Positions 54,406-64,000 of a DNA stretch of 64,000 nt are shown piece by piece. A model generated the notes under the pieces. It had not been told where the DNA came from. It ran no database searches and saw only the letters and a list, made by a program, of their open reading frames with translations. The DNA is from Paracoccus denitrificans (GTDB lineage: Bacteria; Pseudomonadota; Alphaproteobacteria; Rhodobacterales; Rhodobacteraceae). Where the stretch lies: contig VAFL01000004.1 in NCBI GenBank assembly GCA_005768755.1, forward strand, positions 189,894 to 253,893, read 5' to 3'. The position numbers were made by a program, and so were the translations under genes. Position 1 is the stretch's first letter. Every line of letters starts with the position of its first letter.

Positions 54406-55007
54406 TGGCCTTGATCGCATTCTACCTGTTTGGCGTTCTCGCCTGCGTGGCCGGCTTCATGGTCGTCATCTCGAAGAACCCGGTCCATTCGGTGCTTTGG
54501 CTGATCCTTACGTTTCTTTGCGCAGCCGGTCTGTTCGTGCTTCAGGGCGCGGAATTCGTGGCGATGCTGCTGATTATCGTCTATGTCGGCGCGGTGGCCG
54601 TGCTGTTCCTGTTCGTGGTCATGATGCTCGACGTGGATTTTGCCGAACTGCGGGGCGAGCTGGCCCGCTTTCTGCCACTTGGAATAGTTATCGCCCTGGC
54701 GCTTTTGACGGTTCTGGGAATGAGCTTTGCCGGCTGGCAGATCTCGCCAGCTGCGCCGGAACAGCTTGCCACACCGATCCCGTCTGATGTCGCCAACGCG
54801 AATGCCATCGGGGCGGTGCTGTATGACCGCTATTTCTTCGCCTTCCAGCTGGCCGGACTGGTGCTTCTGGTTGCCATGATCGGGGCGATTGTTCTGACAT
54901 TGCGTCATCGTCGCGACATCAAACGGCAGAACGTGCTGAAACAGATGTGGACCGATCCCGAAAAGCAGCTTGAGTTGCGCGATGTGAAGCCGGGGCAGGG
55001 GCTGTGA
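54402..55007 (+). CDS. nuoJ: NADH-quinone oxidoreductase subunit J
   Basis: 201 aa. [17 protein letters not shown] and [28 protein letters not shown] motifs. Confidence 0.94.
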   Translation: MMALIAFYLFGVLACVAGFMVVISKNPVHSVLWLILTFLCAAGLFVLQGAEFVAMLLIIVYVGAVAVLFLFVVMMLDVDFAELRGELARFLPLGIVIALALLTVLGMSFAGWQISPAAPEQLATPIPSDVANANAIGAVLYDRYFFAFQLAGLVLLVAMIGAIVLTLRHRRDIKRQNVLKQMWTDPEKQLELRDVKPGQGL

Positions 55008-55226
55008 AAAGCGGGCTGGGCTGGGGTACTGGCGCAGCCTTTCTGCATTGCAAGGCCGTTTTTCTACCGGCGCGCGAACCGAAGGCCGGGCCGGCGTGAT
55101 GTATCACGGCTTGGGTGTTGAAATCGTTCCGGACGAAATCCGTGACACCTGCCGCCTTCACGACCGCCGCGCCCGCCAGCTTTTCTATCCCGATGCCGAG
55201 CCACCGGTCGCCGCAAGAGGTTGGAA

Positions 55227-55766
55227 ATGATCCGGTTGGCGGTACTTCTGGGCCTGTGCGTCGCTGACCCGAGCCTGGCCTGCGAGCCCCCGTTAAATAA
55301 AGCTGACGCAATCGACAATCGCATCCGGGTTGGCCCGCAATGTGAGTACGATAATGCAGCACCGGACGATAACTATCTGCAGGTGAATGGAAAGCCGGTT
55401 GTCGACATCGGTGGGGGCAAGATCGGGCAACGCCAAAGCTCAAGCGACAGCTGCTTTTTCGCGCAGCAGATGATGTTCGTCGATTGCTCGACCGCCGAGT
55501 TGATCGTGATTGACGGGATAAACGAAGATTCGGGCATCGCCGGAATGGGGGCGCAATCGGTCACGAAGCTGCAAAGGGCAGGTGGCGGCCCTATCGCACT
55601 TGGCCCGAAGACGACCGTGGCCGAACTTGCGCGGATATCTGACCGACATGGCTTTGATTACAAGCTTGGCGCCGACATTTACCAGCGTGTCGAGGCGCGC
55701 AACCGCGTCGATCCGTATTGTGGCTGCAAACTGTATTATCCCGGCTCGGCCGGGGCCGGGCGGTGA
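55227..55766 (+). CDS. Exported Cys-motif protein, paralog 1 of 3
   Basis: 179 aa from ATG 55227 (the track begins at TTG 55221). Signal peptide MIRLAVLLGLCVADPSLA|C. Shares motifs FVDCS and C-terminal YCGCKLYYP with the next two ORFs. Confidence 0.7.
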   Translation: MIRLAVLLGLCVADPSLACEPPLNKADAIDNRIRVGPQCEYDNAAPDDNYLQVNGKPVVDIGGGKIGQRQSSSDSCFFAQQMMFVDCSTAELIVIDGINEDSGIAGMGAQSVTKLQRAGGGPIALGPKTTVAELARISDRHGFDYKLGADIYQRVEARNRVDPYCGCKLYYPGSAGAGR

Positions 55767-55941
55767 CCGAAGCGGCGGTGCTGTGTTTACCCGGCATCTG
55801 TCGACCGAAACCTCGGCTCGTCTGTTTGAAATCTCGCATAAATGTGATTTGCTCAAAAACGCGGGAGACGGGCCTTCACACACCAAGGCGTGTCGCCAGA
55901 GCGCGTTGTTTTTGGATAGACATGTTAAGGGAGGAGCTATC

Positions 55942-56436
55942 ATGAAGTTGATGAAATTCAGTGCCGCCGCAGTCTTCGCGGGCCTGGCACTTGCTGCCTG
56001 CGTTCCTGAAGAAACCGACACCTCGGGCGTGGCGCAGCCGCTGGCCAATTGCGGACGTGTCGCCACCAGCCAGATGGCGGCGTATACGGAAGCACCGATT
56101 ACCGCTGAAGGATCTGGCATGATCGGTATCGGCACGCAGCAGCAGACGGCTGATGGCAGCGTCATGCAGCGCTTCTCTCTGGTCGATTGCTCGGCCAAGA
56201 CGATCACCCGTGTCCAGCAGGACTGGACGCTCGCAAGCGCGCCGGCGGCGGGCGGGACGGTGCAGGACATGGTCAGCCGTTTGCGGCAGGCCGGGCGGCT
56301 GACGGCATCGAACCAACTGGCCCGCGAAGGGCAGTCGGCGGGTTACGAAGTGGTGCAGGGCCGCGTCGATGCGACGGGAAATCCGCGCGCCCGGTGCGGG
56401 TGTGAGCTTCACTATCCCGATCTTCTCTGGCAATAA
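55942..56436 (+). CDS. Lipoprotein, Cys-motif paralog 2 of 3
   Basis: Track ORF 55582..56436 trimmed to ATG 55942 with a GGGAGGAG SD (164 aa). Lipobox L-A-A-C. Motifs LVDCS and RCGCELHYP. Confidence 0.75.
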   Translation: MKLMKFSAAAVFAGLALAACVPEETDTSGVAQPLANCGRVATSQMAAYTEAPITAEGSGMIGIGTQQQTADGSVMQRFSLVDCSAKTITRVQQDWTLASAPAAGGTVQDMVSRLRQAGRLTASNQLAREGQSAGYEVVQGRVDATGNPRARCGCELHYPDLLWQ

Positions 56437-56445
56437 GCGCCCAAA

Positions 56446-56469
56446 GGCGGGGCGGTCTGCTGCCCCGCC
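56446..56469 (+). other. GC-rich stem-loop between paralogs 2 and 3
   Basis: GGCGGGGC-GGTCTGCT-GCCCCGCC (8-bp stem), 10 nt after the paralog-2 stop. No T-run follows. Confidence 0.4.
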
Positions 56470-56501
56470 GACTCAATAAGCAAGCGAAAGCGGGGGGCGG
56501 A

Positions 56502-57014
56502 ATGGCCTTCACACGGGACAAGCAAGCGAAATGGACGATGGCGGGCGCGGCCCTGCTGTCCCTGCTTGCGTTGCCCGCCGGTGCGTTGACGCCGCTGCCC
56601 GCCTGCGACGGCGTGGTCGAGTCGGGCATGGAAGTGCAGGGTGCTGCTTCCTTCGGCTATTACGGCAGCGGTTTTGTGTCGGAAGAGTACTACAACGCGA
56701 TGGAAGACGACGCAGGTGCAGACGGCGTCTATGACGATTTGGCTGTGTCAGTGCCCCAGTTAGATGGATTTTACGGCTATCGGGTGATGGACTGCAAATC
56801 TGGTCAGTTTCTGGCGATCGGCGCGAGCGAAAACGAGGCCGAATTGCTGTTGGCGACCGAATTCCTGCGCAGTAAGGCGCAGGAAGAAAAGCCGATTACA
56901 TTCGCGGATGTGACGCGCGCGGCGCAGGCGCTTTACAAGGGACAGAACACTAAGATCCTGACCCTGCGCGAGACCGAACAGACCTGTTCTTGCGACGCTT
57001 ATGGCGGCCAGTAG
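56502..57014 (+). CDS. Exported Cys-motif protein, paralog 3 of 3
   Basis: 170 aa. Signal peptide ...LLSLLALPAGA|L. Motifs VMDCKS and C-terminal TCSCDAYGGQ. Start could be ATG 56538. Confidence 0.7.
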   Translation: MAFTRDKQAKWTMAGAALLSLLALPAGALTPLPACDGVVESGMEVQGAASFGYYGSGFVSEEYYNAMEDDAGADGVYDDLAVSVPQLDGFYGYRVMDCKSGQFLAIGASENEAELLLATEFLRSKAQEEKPITFADVTRAAQALYKGQNTKILTLRETEQTCSCDAYGGQ

Positions 57015-57377
<363 letters not shown>

Positions 57378-57380
57378 CAC

Positions 57381-59549
57381 ATGGAAAAGTTCATCCTGTT
57401 CGGACCCCTTGTCGGGGCGCTGATCGCCGGCTTTGGCTGGCGCTTCATCGGCGAAAAGGCGGCGCAGATCCTGACCACGGGCATTCTGTTCCTTGCCTGC
57501 CTGATGTCATGGATCGTCTTTCTGGGCTTTGACGGCACGGCCCAGCACATCCCTGTGATGGACTGGATCGTGTCAGGCGATTTCGTGTCGCAATGGGCGA
57601 TACGGCTGGACCGGTTGACGGCGATCATGCTGATCGTTGTCACGACCGTTTCGGCATTGGTTCACCTTTATTCGATGGGCTACATGGCCCATGACGAAAA
57701 CTGGGACCATCACGAGCATTACAAGGCCCGCTTCTTCGCCTATCTGTCATTCTTCACCTTCGCGATGCTTATGCTCGTGACAGCTGACAACCTGCTGCAG
57801 ATGTTCTTTGGCTGGGAAGGCGTGGGTGTCGCGTCCTATCTGTTGATCGGTTTCTATTACAAGAAACCATCGGCCAATGCGGCCGCCATGAAAGCGTTCG
57901 TCGTCAACCGGGTCGGCGATTTCGGCTTTCTCATGGGGATCTTCGGGCTGTGGTGGCTGACCGGGAGCGTGGCCTTTGACGAAATTTTCGCGCAAGTCCC
58001 GATGATTGCCGACACCAACGTTCATTTCCTGTGGCGTGACTGGAACGCGGCGAACCTTCTGGGCGTGCTGCTGTTCATCGGGGCGATGGGTAAATCGGCG
58101 CAGCTGTTCCTTCACACCTGGCTGCCGGACGCGATGGAGGGGCCAACGCCCGTGTCCGCACTGATCCACGCCGCGACCATGGTCACGGCTGGCGTGTTCC
58201 TTGTTTGCCGCATGTCGCCGCTTTACGAATTTGCGCCGCAGGCAACGCTGTTCATCACGATCATCGGCGCATGCACTGCCTTTTTCGCCGCGACCGTGGG
58301 TCTGGTTCAGAACGACATCAAGCGCGTCATCGCCTATTCGACCTGCTCGCAGCTGGGTTACATGTTCGTCGCTGCGGGGGTTGGCGTTTATTCTGCCGCG
58401 ATGTTCCATCTGCTGACGCATGCCTTTTTCAAGGCCATGCTGTTTCTTGGGGCGGGTTCGGTCATCCACGCGATGCATCATGAACAGGACATGCGGAACT
58501 ATGGCGGTCTGCGAAAGAAAATCCCGCTGACCTTCTGGGCGATGCTGATCGGCACGCTTGCCATCACTGGTGTCGGCATTCCGCTGACCACGATCGGCTT
58601 TGCCGGCTTCCTGTCGAAAGACGCGATCATCGAAAGCGCCTGGGTCGGGAACGGCTTTGCGTTCTGGATGCTTGTGATTGCCGCCGGGATGACCAGCTTC
58701 TACAGCTGGCGGCTGATGTTCATGACCTTCTGGGGCAGGCCCCGTGGCGACCATCACGCCCATGACCACGCCCATGAATCGCCGCCGGTGATGACGGTGC
58801 CGCTTGGCGTGCTGGCCATTGGCGCAATCTTTTCCGGTATGGTCTGGTACGGCGACTTCTTCGGCGATCGCGTGAACCAGTTCTTCCATCTTGCAGGCGC
58901 TGAAAGCCACGAGGCGCCAGCCGCTGAACATGGCGAGGCTTCGGCCACCGATCATGCGACCGATGCCGAAGCTGGCACCGCAGAAGCTGGCACGGAAATC
59001 GCCGCGGCCGATACTGCGGAAGGTGAACATGGCGCTGCGGCCACATCAGAAGCCGAGCATGCCGATACTGGCCATGTAAACACCGACGTTCCGGCCCCCG
59101 TTGGCGGTGCGATCTACATGCACCCGGACAACCATGTCATTCACGAGGCTCATGAGGCGCCGAAATGGGTGAAGGTCTCGCCGTTCATTGCCATGCTGAT
59201 CGGTCTGTTCACTGCGTTCATGATGTATATCCGCTATCCCGATGCACCCGCGAAGCTGGCAGAGACTCAGCGTCCGCTGTACAATTTCCTGCTGAACAAG
59301 TGGTATTTCGACGAGATCTACGACCGGGTCTTCGTGCGCCCTGCGCGCGGACTTGGCCGGGCGCTGTGGGTTGAAGGCGACGGCAAGGTCATCGACGGCA
59401 CGATCAACGGGATCACCATGGGGCTGATTCCCCGGCTGGCGCGTTTCGCGGGCCGGTTGCAATCGGGCTATGTCTTCCACTATGCGCTTGCCATGGTGGC
59501 GGGCGTCCTGGGCCTGCTGATCTGGGTGATGATGCGCGGGAGCATGTAA
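57381..59549 (+). CDS. nuoL: NADH-quinone oxidoreductase subunit L
   Basis: 722 aa. Antiporter-like core ([41 protein letters not shown]). Carries an acidic/His-rich insertion at aa ~505-573. Confidence 0.95.
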   Translation: MEKFILFGPLVGALIAGFGWRFIGEKAAQILTTGILFLACLMSWIVFLGFDGTAQHIPVMDWIVSGDFVSQWAIRLDRLTAIMLIVVTTVSALVHLYSMGYMAHDENWDHHEHYKARFFAYLSFFTFAMLMLVTADNLLQMFFGWEGVGVASYLLIGFYYKKPSANAAAMKAFVVNRVGDFGFLMGIFGLWWLTGSVAFDEIFAQVPMIADTNVHFLWRDWNAANLLGVLLFIGAMGKSAQLFLHTWLPDAMEGPTPVSALIHAATMVTAGVFLVCRMSPLYEFAPQATLFITIIGACTAFFAATVGLVQNDIKRVIAYSTCSQLGYMFVAAGVGVYSAAMFHLLTHAFFKAMLFLGAGSVIHAMHHEQDMRNYGGLRKKIPLTFWAMLIGTLAITGVGIPLTTIGFAGFLSKDAIIESAWVGNGFAFWMLVIAAGMTSFYSWRLMFMTFWGRPRGDHHAHDHAHESPPVMTVPLGVLAIGAIFSGMVWYGDFFGDRVNQFFHLAGAESHEAPAAEHGEASATDHATDAEAGTAEAGTEIAAADTAEGEHGAAATSEAEHADTGHVNTDVPAPVGGAIYMHPDNHVIHEAHEAPKWVKVSPFIAMLIGLFTAFMMYIRYPDAPAKLAETQRPLYNFLLNKWYFDEIYDRVFVRPARGLGRALWVEGDGKVIDGTINGITMGLIPRLARFAGRLQSGYVFHYALAMVAGVLGLLIWVMMRGSM

Positions 59550-59550
59550 G

Positions 59551-61134
59551 ATGACCAATATCCTCTCGATCATCACCTTCCTGCCGATTGTCGCGGCGCT
59601 GATTCTGGCCATTTTCCTGCGCGGTGATGACGATTCGTCGCGACGCAATGCAAAATGGCTGGCCTTGATTGCCACCACAGCGACCTTCGTGATCTCGCTT
59701 TACGTTCTGTTCGGATTCGATCCGGCCGATACCGGCTTTCAGTTCGTCGAGGACCGCAACTGGATCTTCGGGCTGCGCTACAAGATGGGCGTGGACGGGA
59801 TCTCGGTCCTGTTCGTCATGCTGACGACCTTCCTGATGCCGATTACCATCCTGTCGACCTGGGAGGTGCAGACCCGCGTCAAGGAATACATGATCGCCTT
59901 CCTAGTGCTGGAAGGGCTGATGATCGGCGTTTTCACGGCGCTGGATCTGATCCTGTTCTATCTGTTCTTCGAGGCAGGCCTGATCCCGATGTTCCTGATC
60001 ATCGGCATCTGGGGTGGGGCGAACCGGATTTATGCCGCGTTCAAGTTCTTCCTCTATACCTTCCTCGGCTCGGTCCTGATGCTGGTCGCCATGGTGGTCA
60101 TGTATCGCGCCGCTGGAACCACGGATATCGCACAACTGCTGACATTCGATTTCTCGGCAGAGCCGTTGCATTTCCTGGGCTGGACCATCTTCGGCGGGAT
60201 GCAGACGCTGTTGTTCCTGGCCTTCTTTGCCAGCTTCGCGGTCAAGATGCCGATGTGGCCGGTCCACACATGGTTGCCCGACGCCCACGTTCAGGCACCG
60301 ACTGCCGGCTCGGTCGTGCTGGCGGCAGTGCTGTTGAAAATGGGCGGTTACGGCTTCTTGCGGTTCAGCCTTCCGATGTTCCCGGTCGCTTCGGATATCT
60401 TCCAGCCGGTCGTGTTCTGGCTGTCGGCAATCGCCATCGTATACACCTCGCTGGTGGCGTTGGCGCAGTCGGACATGAAGAAGCTGATCGCCTATTCGTC
60501 GGTCGCGCATATGGGCTATGTCACCATGGGCGCTTTCGCGGCGAACCAGGCGGGCATCAACGGCGCGATCTTCCAGATGCTGTCGCACGGCTTCATTTCG
60601 GGCGCGCTGTTCTTGTGCGTCGGCGTGATCTATGACCGGATGCACACGCGCGAGATCGACGCTTATGGTGGTCTGGTGAACCGGATGCCGAAATACGCGC
60701 TGATCTTCATGTTCTTCACAATGGCCAATGTGGGCCTTCCGGGCACTTCGGGCTTCGTCGGAGAGTTCCTGACGCTGCTTGGCACGTTCCGCGCGAACAC
60801 TTGGGTTGCATTTGTCGCCGCGACCGGGGTGATTCTTTCGGCGGCCTATGCGCTGTGGCTTTATCGCCGCGTGACGCTGGGTGCGCTGATCAAGGAAAGT
60901 CTGAAGACCATCACTGACATGACCCCGCGCGAGCGTTGGATATTCGTGCCGTTGGTTGTCATGACGCTGTGGCTGGGTATCTATCCGCGCGTCGTCACCG
61001 ACATTACCGGCCCCAGCGTCGAGGCTTTGGTAAGCCAATACAACGCCGCGACCGAAGGCAGGGCAGAAGATCCAGCCGCCTACCGGGTGGTCGAGGCAAC
61101 CCAGGCGGCAGAAGCCGCCACGGCAGAGCACTGA
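59551..61134 (+). CDS. nuoM: NADH-quinone oxidoreductase subunit M
   Basis: 527 aa. [21 protein letters not shown] motif. Confidence 0.95.
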   Translation: MTNILSIITFLPIVAALILAIFLRGDDDSSRRNAKWLALIATTATFVISLYVLFGFDPADTGFQFVEDRNWIFGLRYKMGVDGISVLFVMLTTFLMPITILSTWEVQTRVKEYMIAFLVLEGLMIGVFTALDLILFYLFFEAGLIPMFLIIGIWGGANRIYAAFKFFLYTFLGSVLMLVAMVVMYRAAGTTDIAQLLTFDFSAEPLHFLGWTIFGGMQTLLFLAFFASFAVKMPMWPVHTWLPDAHVQAPTAGSVVLAAVLLKMGGYGFLRFSLPMFPVASDIFQPVVFWLSAIAIVYTSLVALAQSDMKKLIAYSSVAHMGYVTMGAFAANQAGINGAIFQMLSHGFISGALFLCVGVIYDRMHTREIDAYGGLVNRMPKYALIFMFFTMANVGLPGTSGFVGEFLTLLGTFRANTWVAFVAATGVILSAAYALWLYRRVTLGALIKESLKTITDMTPRERWIFVPLVVMTLWLGIYPRVVTDITGPSVEALVSQYNAATEGRAEDPAAYRVVEATQAAEAATAEH

Positions 61135-61144
61135 GAGGACCGTC

Positions 61145-62638
61145 ATGACTTCGCTCGATTTCACGATCATCATGCCGGAAATTCTGCTGGCGGCTTATGC
61201 CATGCTGGCGCTTCTGGCCGGGGCCTATTTCGGCAAGGACGCGATTGCCCGGCCGCTGCTGTGGGTGACGGTCATCGTCTTTCTGGCATTGGCTTTCTAT
61301 GTCGAGGTCGGTGCCGCGCCCGAGGGCGCTGCGTTTTACGGGATGTTCATTTCGGACGGCTTCTCGCGGTTCAGCAAGATCGTCATCCTGATTTCAGCTG
61401 CTGCCATTCTGGCCATCAGCGCCGATTACATGGAACGGCGCGGCATGCTGCGATTCGAGTTCCCGATCCTGATCGCGCTGTCCGTCACGGGCATGATGGT
61501 CATGGTCTCGGCCGGTGACCTTCTGTCGCTTTACATGGGGCTCGAACTGCAATCGCTGGCACTTTATGTGGTCGCGGCGATGCGGCGGGAATCGTCACGT
61601 TCGTCCGAAGCGGGCTTGAAATACTTTGTCCTCGGCTCGCTCAGTTCGGGGATGCTGCTTTACGGTGCCTCGCTGGTTTACGGCTTTGCCGGCACGACCA
61701 GCTTTGCCGGCATTATCCATGTCGTGCAGGGCGGCACGCTGCCAGTCGGGCTGCTGTTCGGCCTGGTTTTCGTGATCGTTGGTCTGGCCTTCAAGGTCAG
61801 CGCGGTCCCGTTCCATATGTGGACGCCAGACGTCTATGAAGGCTCTCCCACGCCGGTGACTGCCTTTTTCGCCTCGGCACCCAAGGTTGCGGCGATGGCG
61901 CTGCTGGCGCGAGTGCTGTTTGATGCATTCGGCCTGGTGCCGGGCGAATGGGGGCAGATCCTGGCGCTGCTGTCGGTGCTGTCGATGTTCCTCGGGTCCA
62001 TCGCCGGTATCCGGCAAACCAATGTCAAACGTCTGATGGCCTATTCCTCGATCGCGCATATGGGTTTCGCGCTGATGGGTCTGGCCGCCGGAACGGCGTT
62101 GGGTGTGCAGGCGATGCTGGTCTATATGGCGATCTATGCGGTGATGAACATTGGCGTATTCGCCTGGATCCTGTCGCTGGAGCGAGACGGAGAGCCGGTG
62201 ACCGACCTTGCCAGCCTGAACCAGTTTGCAAAGGTCGCGCCCCTGACGGCATTTGCCGTCATGGTCCTGATGTTCAGTCTTGCAGGCGTGCCGCCGATGC
62301 TTGGCTTCTTCGCGAAGCTTGGGGTGCTGAATGCCGCGGTGGATGCGCAGATGGGCTGGCTTGCAGTTGCCGGCGTGATCGCGTCGGTGATTGGCGCGTT
62401 CTACTACCTTCGGATTGTCTACTACATGTATTTCGGCACCGAGGTGGATCCGCTGACCAGTCGGATGGCCGCGCCGTCCCATGTGCTGCTGGCGGCGTCG
62501 GCGATCATCGTCGTGTTGGGTGCTATCACGACATTCGGCATCGACCGCGCCGCCGGCCGCGCCGCAGAATCGCTGCTGCTGAACGAGGGCGTTCCAGCCG
62601 GGCAGTCAGCAGCGATCGCGACACAACACGGTGGCTGA
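61145..62638 (+). CDS. nuoN: NADH-quinone oxidoreductase subunit N
   Basis: 497 aa. [20 protein letters not shown] motif. Confidence 0.95.
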   Translation: MTSLDFTIIMPEILLAAYAMLALLAGAYFGKDAIARPLLWVTVIVFLALAFYVEVGAAPEGAAFYGMFISDGFSRFSKIVILISAAAILAISADYMERRGMLRFEFPILIALSVTGMMVMVSAGDLLSLYMGLELQSLALYVVAAMRRESSRSSEAGLKYFVLGSLSSGMLLYGASLVYGFAGTTSFAGIIHVVQGGTLPVGLLFGLVFVIVGLAFKVSAVPFHMWTPDVYEGSPTPVTAFFASAPKVAAMALLARVLFDAFGLVPGEWGQILALLSVLSMFLGSIAGIRQTNVKRLMAYSSIAHMGFALMGLAAGTALGVQAMLVYMAIYAVMNIGVFAWILSLERDGEPVTDLASLNQFAKVAPLTAFAVMVLMFSLAGVPPMLGFFAKLGVLNAAVDAQMGWLAVAGVIASVIGAFYYLRIVYYMYFGTEVDPLTSRMAAPSHVLLAASAIIVVLGAITTFGIDRAAGRAAESLLLNEGVPAGQSAAIATQHGG

Positions 62639-63383
62639 TCACAATCCATGGCCGGACGGTGTCGCGCGGCACATCCTGCCGCGCAGCCCTTCGACCAATG
62701 CCGAGGCTTTGCGTATGGCCCCGCAGTTGAGCGGGCCTGCCTGGATCATGACCCATGACCAGTACGAAGGCCGCGGTCGTCGCGGCCGCGCATGGGCGAT
62801 GCCCCCGGGGAACTTCGCCGGCTCTCTGGCGCTGCGACCCAGGGGCTCTGCGGCACAGGTGGCGCTTTATACGTTTGTCGCGGCGCTGGCGCTGTATGAC
62901 GCCATTGGTCTTGCCGCAGGACCGTCGGCACGGCTGGCGTTGAAATGGCCGAATGACGTGCTGCTGAACGGTGGCAAGATTGCGGGCATTCTTTTGGAAA
63001 GCGGCGGGCAGGGGACGCAGGTGACGGCCCTTGCGGTGGGGATTGGTGTGAATCTGGCCGCAGCCCCGGCTGCCGATCCCGACGCGGCCTTCGCACCTGT
63101 CAGCCTGCGTGAGGAAACCGGAATAGTCATTCACCCCGAAGATTTTCTTGACCTGTTGGCGCCCGCCTTCGCCGCATGGGAGGCGCGCTTGCTGAGCGAT
63201 GGCTTCAGTCCTGTCCGCGACGCGTTTCTGGCCCGCGCCGCCCGCATGGGCGAGACCATCACCGCGCGGACCGGCACCGCCGAATTCACCGGCCGATTCG
63301 ATGGTATCGATGACAGCGGGGCGCTGATCCTGACCACGCCGCAGGGCCGCCAGTCGGTCCCGGCCGCAGATGTGTTTTTCTGA
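62631..63383 (+). CDS. birA: Biotin--[acetyl-CoA-carboxylase] ligase (group I, no HTH domain)
   Basis: 250 aa. GTG start overlapping the nuoN end by 8 nt. GRGRRGRAW and [19 protein letters not shown] motifs. Confidence 0.9.
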   Translation: MADHNPWPDGVARHILPRSPSTNAEALRMAPQLSGPAWIMTHDQYEGRGRRGRAWAMPPGNFAGSLALRPRGSAAQVALYTFVAALALYDAIGLAAGPSARLALKWPNDVLLNGGKIAGILLESGGQGTQVTALAVGIGVNLAAAPAADPDAAFAPVSLREETGIVIHPEDFLDLLAPAFAAWEARLLSDGFSPVRDAFLARAARMGETITARTGTAEFTGRFDGIDDSGALILTTPQGRQSVPAADVFF

Positions 63384-64000
63384 TGCTGCTTTGTATCGAC
63401 ACAGGCAATACCAATACCGTCTTCTCGATCTGGGATGGCGAGAAGTTTCTGTCACACTGGCGCATCGCCACCGATCACAAGCGAACGGCGGATGAGTATT
63501 ACGTGTGGCTTCAGACCCTGATCTCGCTGACGCATTTCGAACTGGACATCGACAGCTGCATCATTTCGTCCACTGTGCCCCGTGTCGTGTTCAATCTGCG
63601 GGTGCTGTGCAGCCGCTATTTCAACACGCGCCCGCTTGTCGTCGGCAAGCCGGATTGCCTTTTGCCCGCTGAACCACGCGTTGATGCCGGTGCCACGGTC
63701 GGACCCGACCGGATCGTCAACACCTGGGCCGCACATGAGCGGCACGGGGGAAATCTGATCGTTGTCGATTTTGGCACCGCGACCACCTTTGACGTCGCAG
63801 CGCCTGACGGCGGTTATACGGGCGGCGTGATCGCACCGGGGGTCAACCTTAGTCTTGAGGCGTTGCATATGGGTGCGGCCTCGTTGCCGCATGTCGACGT
63901 CACCAAGCCTGCGCGCGTCATCGGCACAAACACCGTCGCCTGTATCCAGTCCGGGATATTCTGGGGCTATATCGGGCTGGTGGAAGGGATCATCACCAAG
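63383..64000 (+). CDS. coaX: Type III pantothenate kinase (5' part, runs off the window)
   Basis: Not in the ORF track. ATG 63383 (TGATG junction with birA). My translation is [19 protein letters not shown]...GPDRIVN...VVDFGTATTFDV...GTNTVACIQSGIFWGY, open to the window end. Confidence 0.9.
   Translation, partial: MLLCIDTGNTNTVFSIWDGEKFLSHWRIATDHKRTADEYYVWLQTLISLTHFELDIDSCIISSTVPRVVFNLRVLCSRYFNTRPLVVGKPDCLLPAEPRVDAGATVGPDRIVNTWAAHERHGGNLIVVDFGTATTFDVAAPDGGYTGGVIAPGVNLSLEALHMGAASLPHVDVTKPARVIGTNTVACIQSGIFWGYIGLVEGIITK

Overview
High-GC (roughly 60-65%) alphaproteobacterial chromosome segment. CtaC and NuoB closely resemble the Paracoccus denitrificans proteins as I recall them, so I infer Rhodobacterales/Paracoccaceae. 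The window is almost entirely core housekeeping. Left to right: a CaCA antiporter, an SDR, uvrC, 5-formyl-THF cyclo-ligase, sodB, ccmI-ruvX, an HPP/CBS protein, then a minus-strand block of dprA, topA, an XdhC-like gene and scoAB. Next come tldD, the aa3 oxidase accessory cluster ctaC-ctaB-orf-ctaG-ctaE-SURF1, thrC, an M16 peptidase, a GNAT, an FAD-linked oxidase, and a peptide-type ABC importer with no binding protein. These are followed by a membrane EEP-family protein plus an SF1B helicase, a GNAT-EcsC pair, flavin reductase-apt-DMT, a secreted esterase, an MFS transporter and a GlsB/YeaQ protein. The complete 14-gene nuoA-N operon occupies 41.6-62.6 kb and is followed by birA and the 5' part of coaX. 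I found no rRNA, tRNA, CRISPR array, IS element, integrase or recognisable defence or toxin-antitoxin genes. The most unusual content is inside the nuo operon, which holds at least 12 non-nuo ORFs. These include two ORFs below the 60-aa track cut-off that I found by hand, four with lipoboxes, and a Cys-less CMD-fold protein locked between nuoI and nuoJ by ATGA overlaps. There is also a helix-hairpin-helix-like module shared by the NuoE C-terminal extension and the following ORF. Most striking is a block of three tandem paralogous exported Cys-motif proteins splitting nuoJ from nuoK. Interspersed URFs are known from Paracoccus and Rhodobacter capsulatus nuo/nqo clusters, so the phenomenon is not new, but these particular ORFs have no function I can assign. 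Many very long ORFs in the track are antisense artefacts of high GC. All family calls come from motif recognition by eye. No searches were run.
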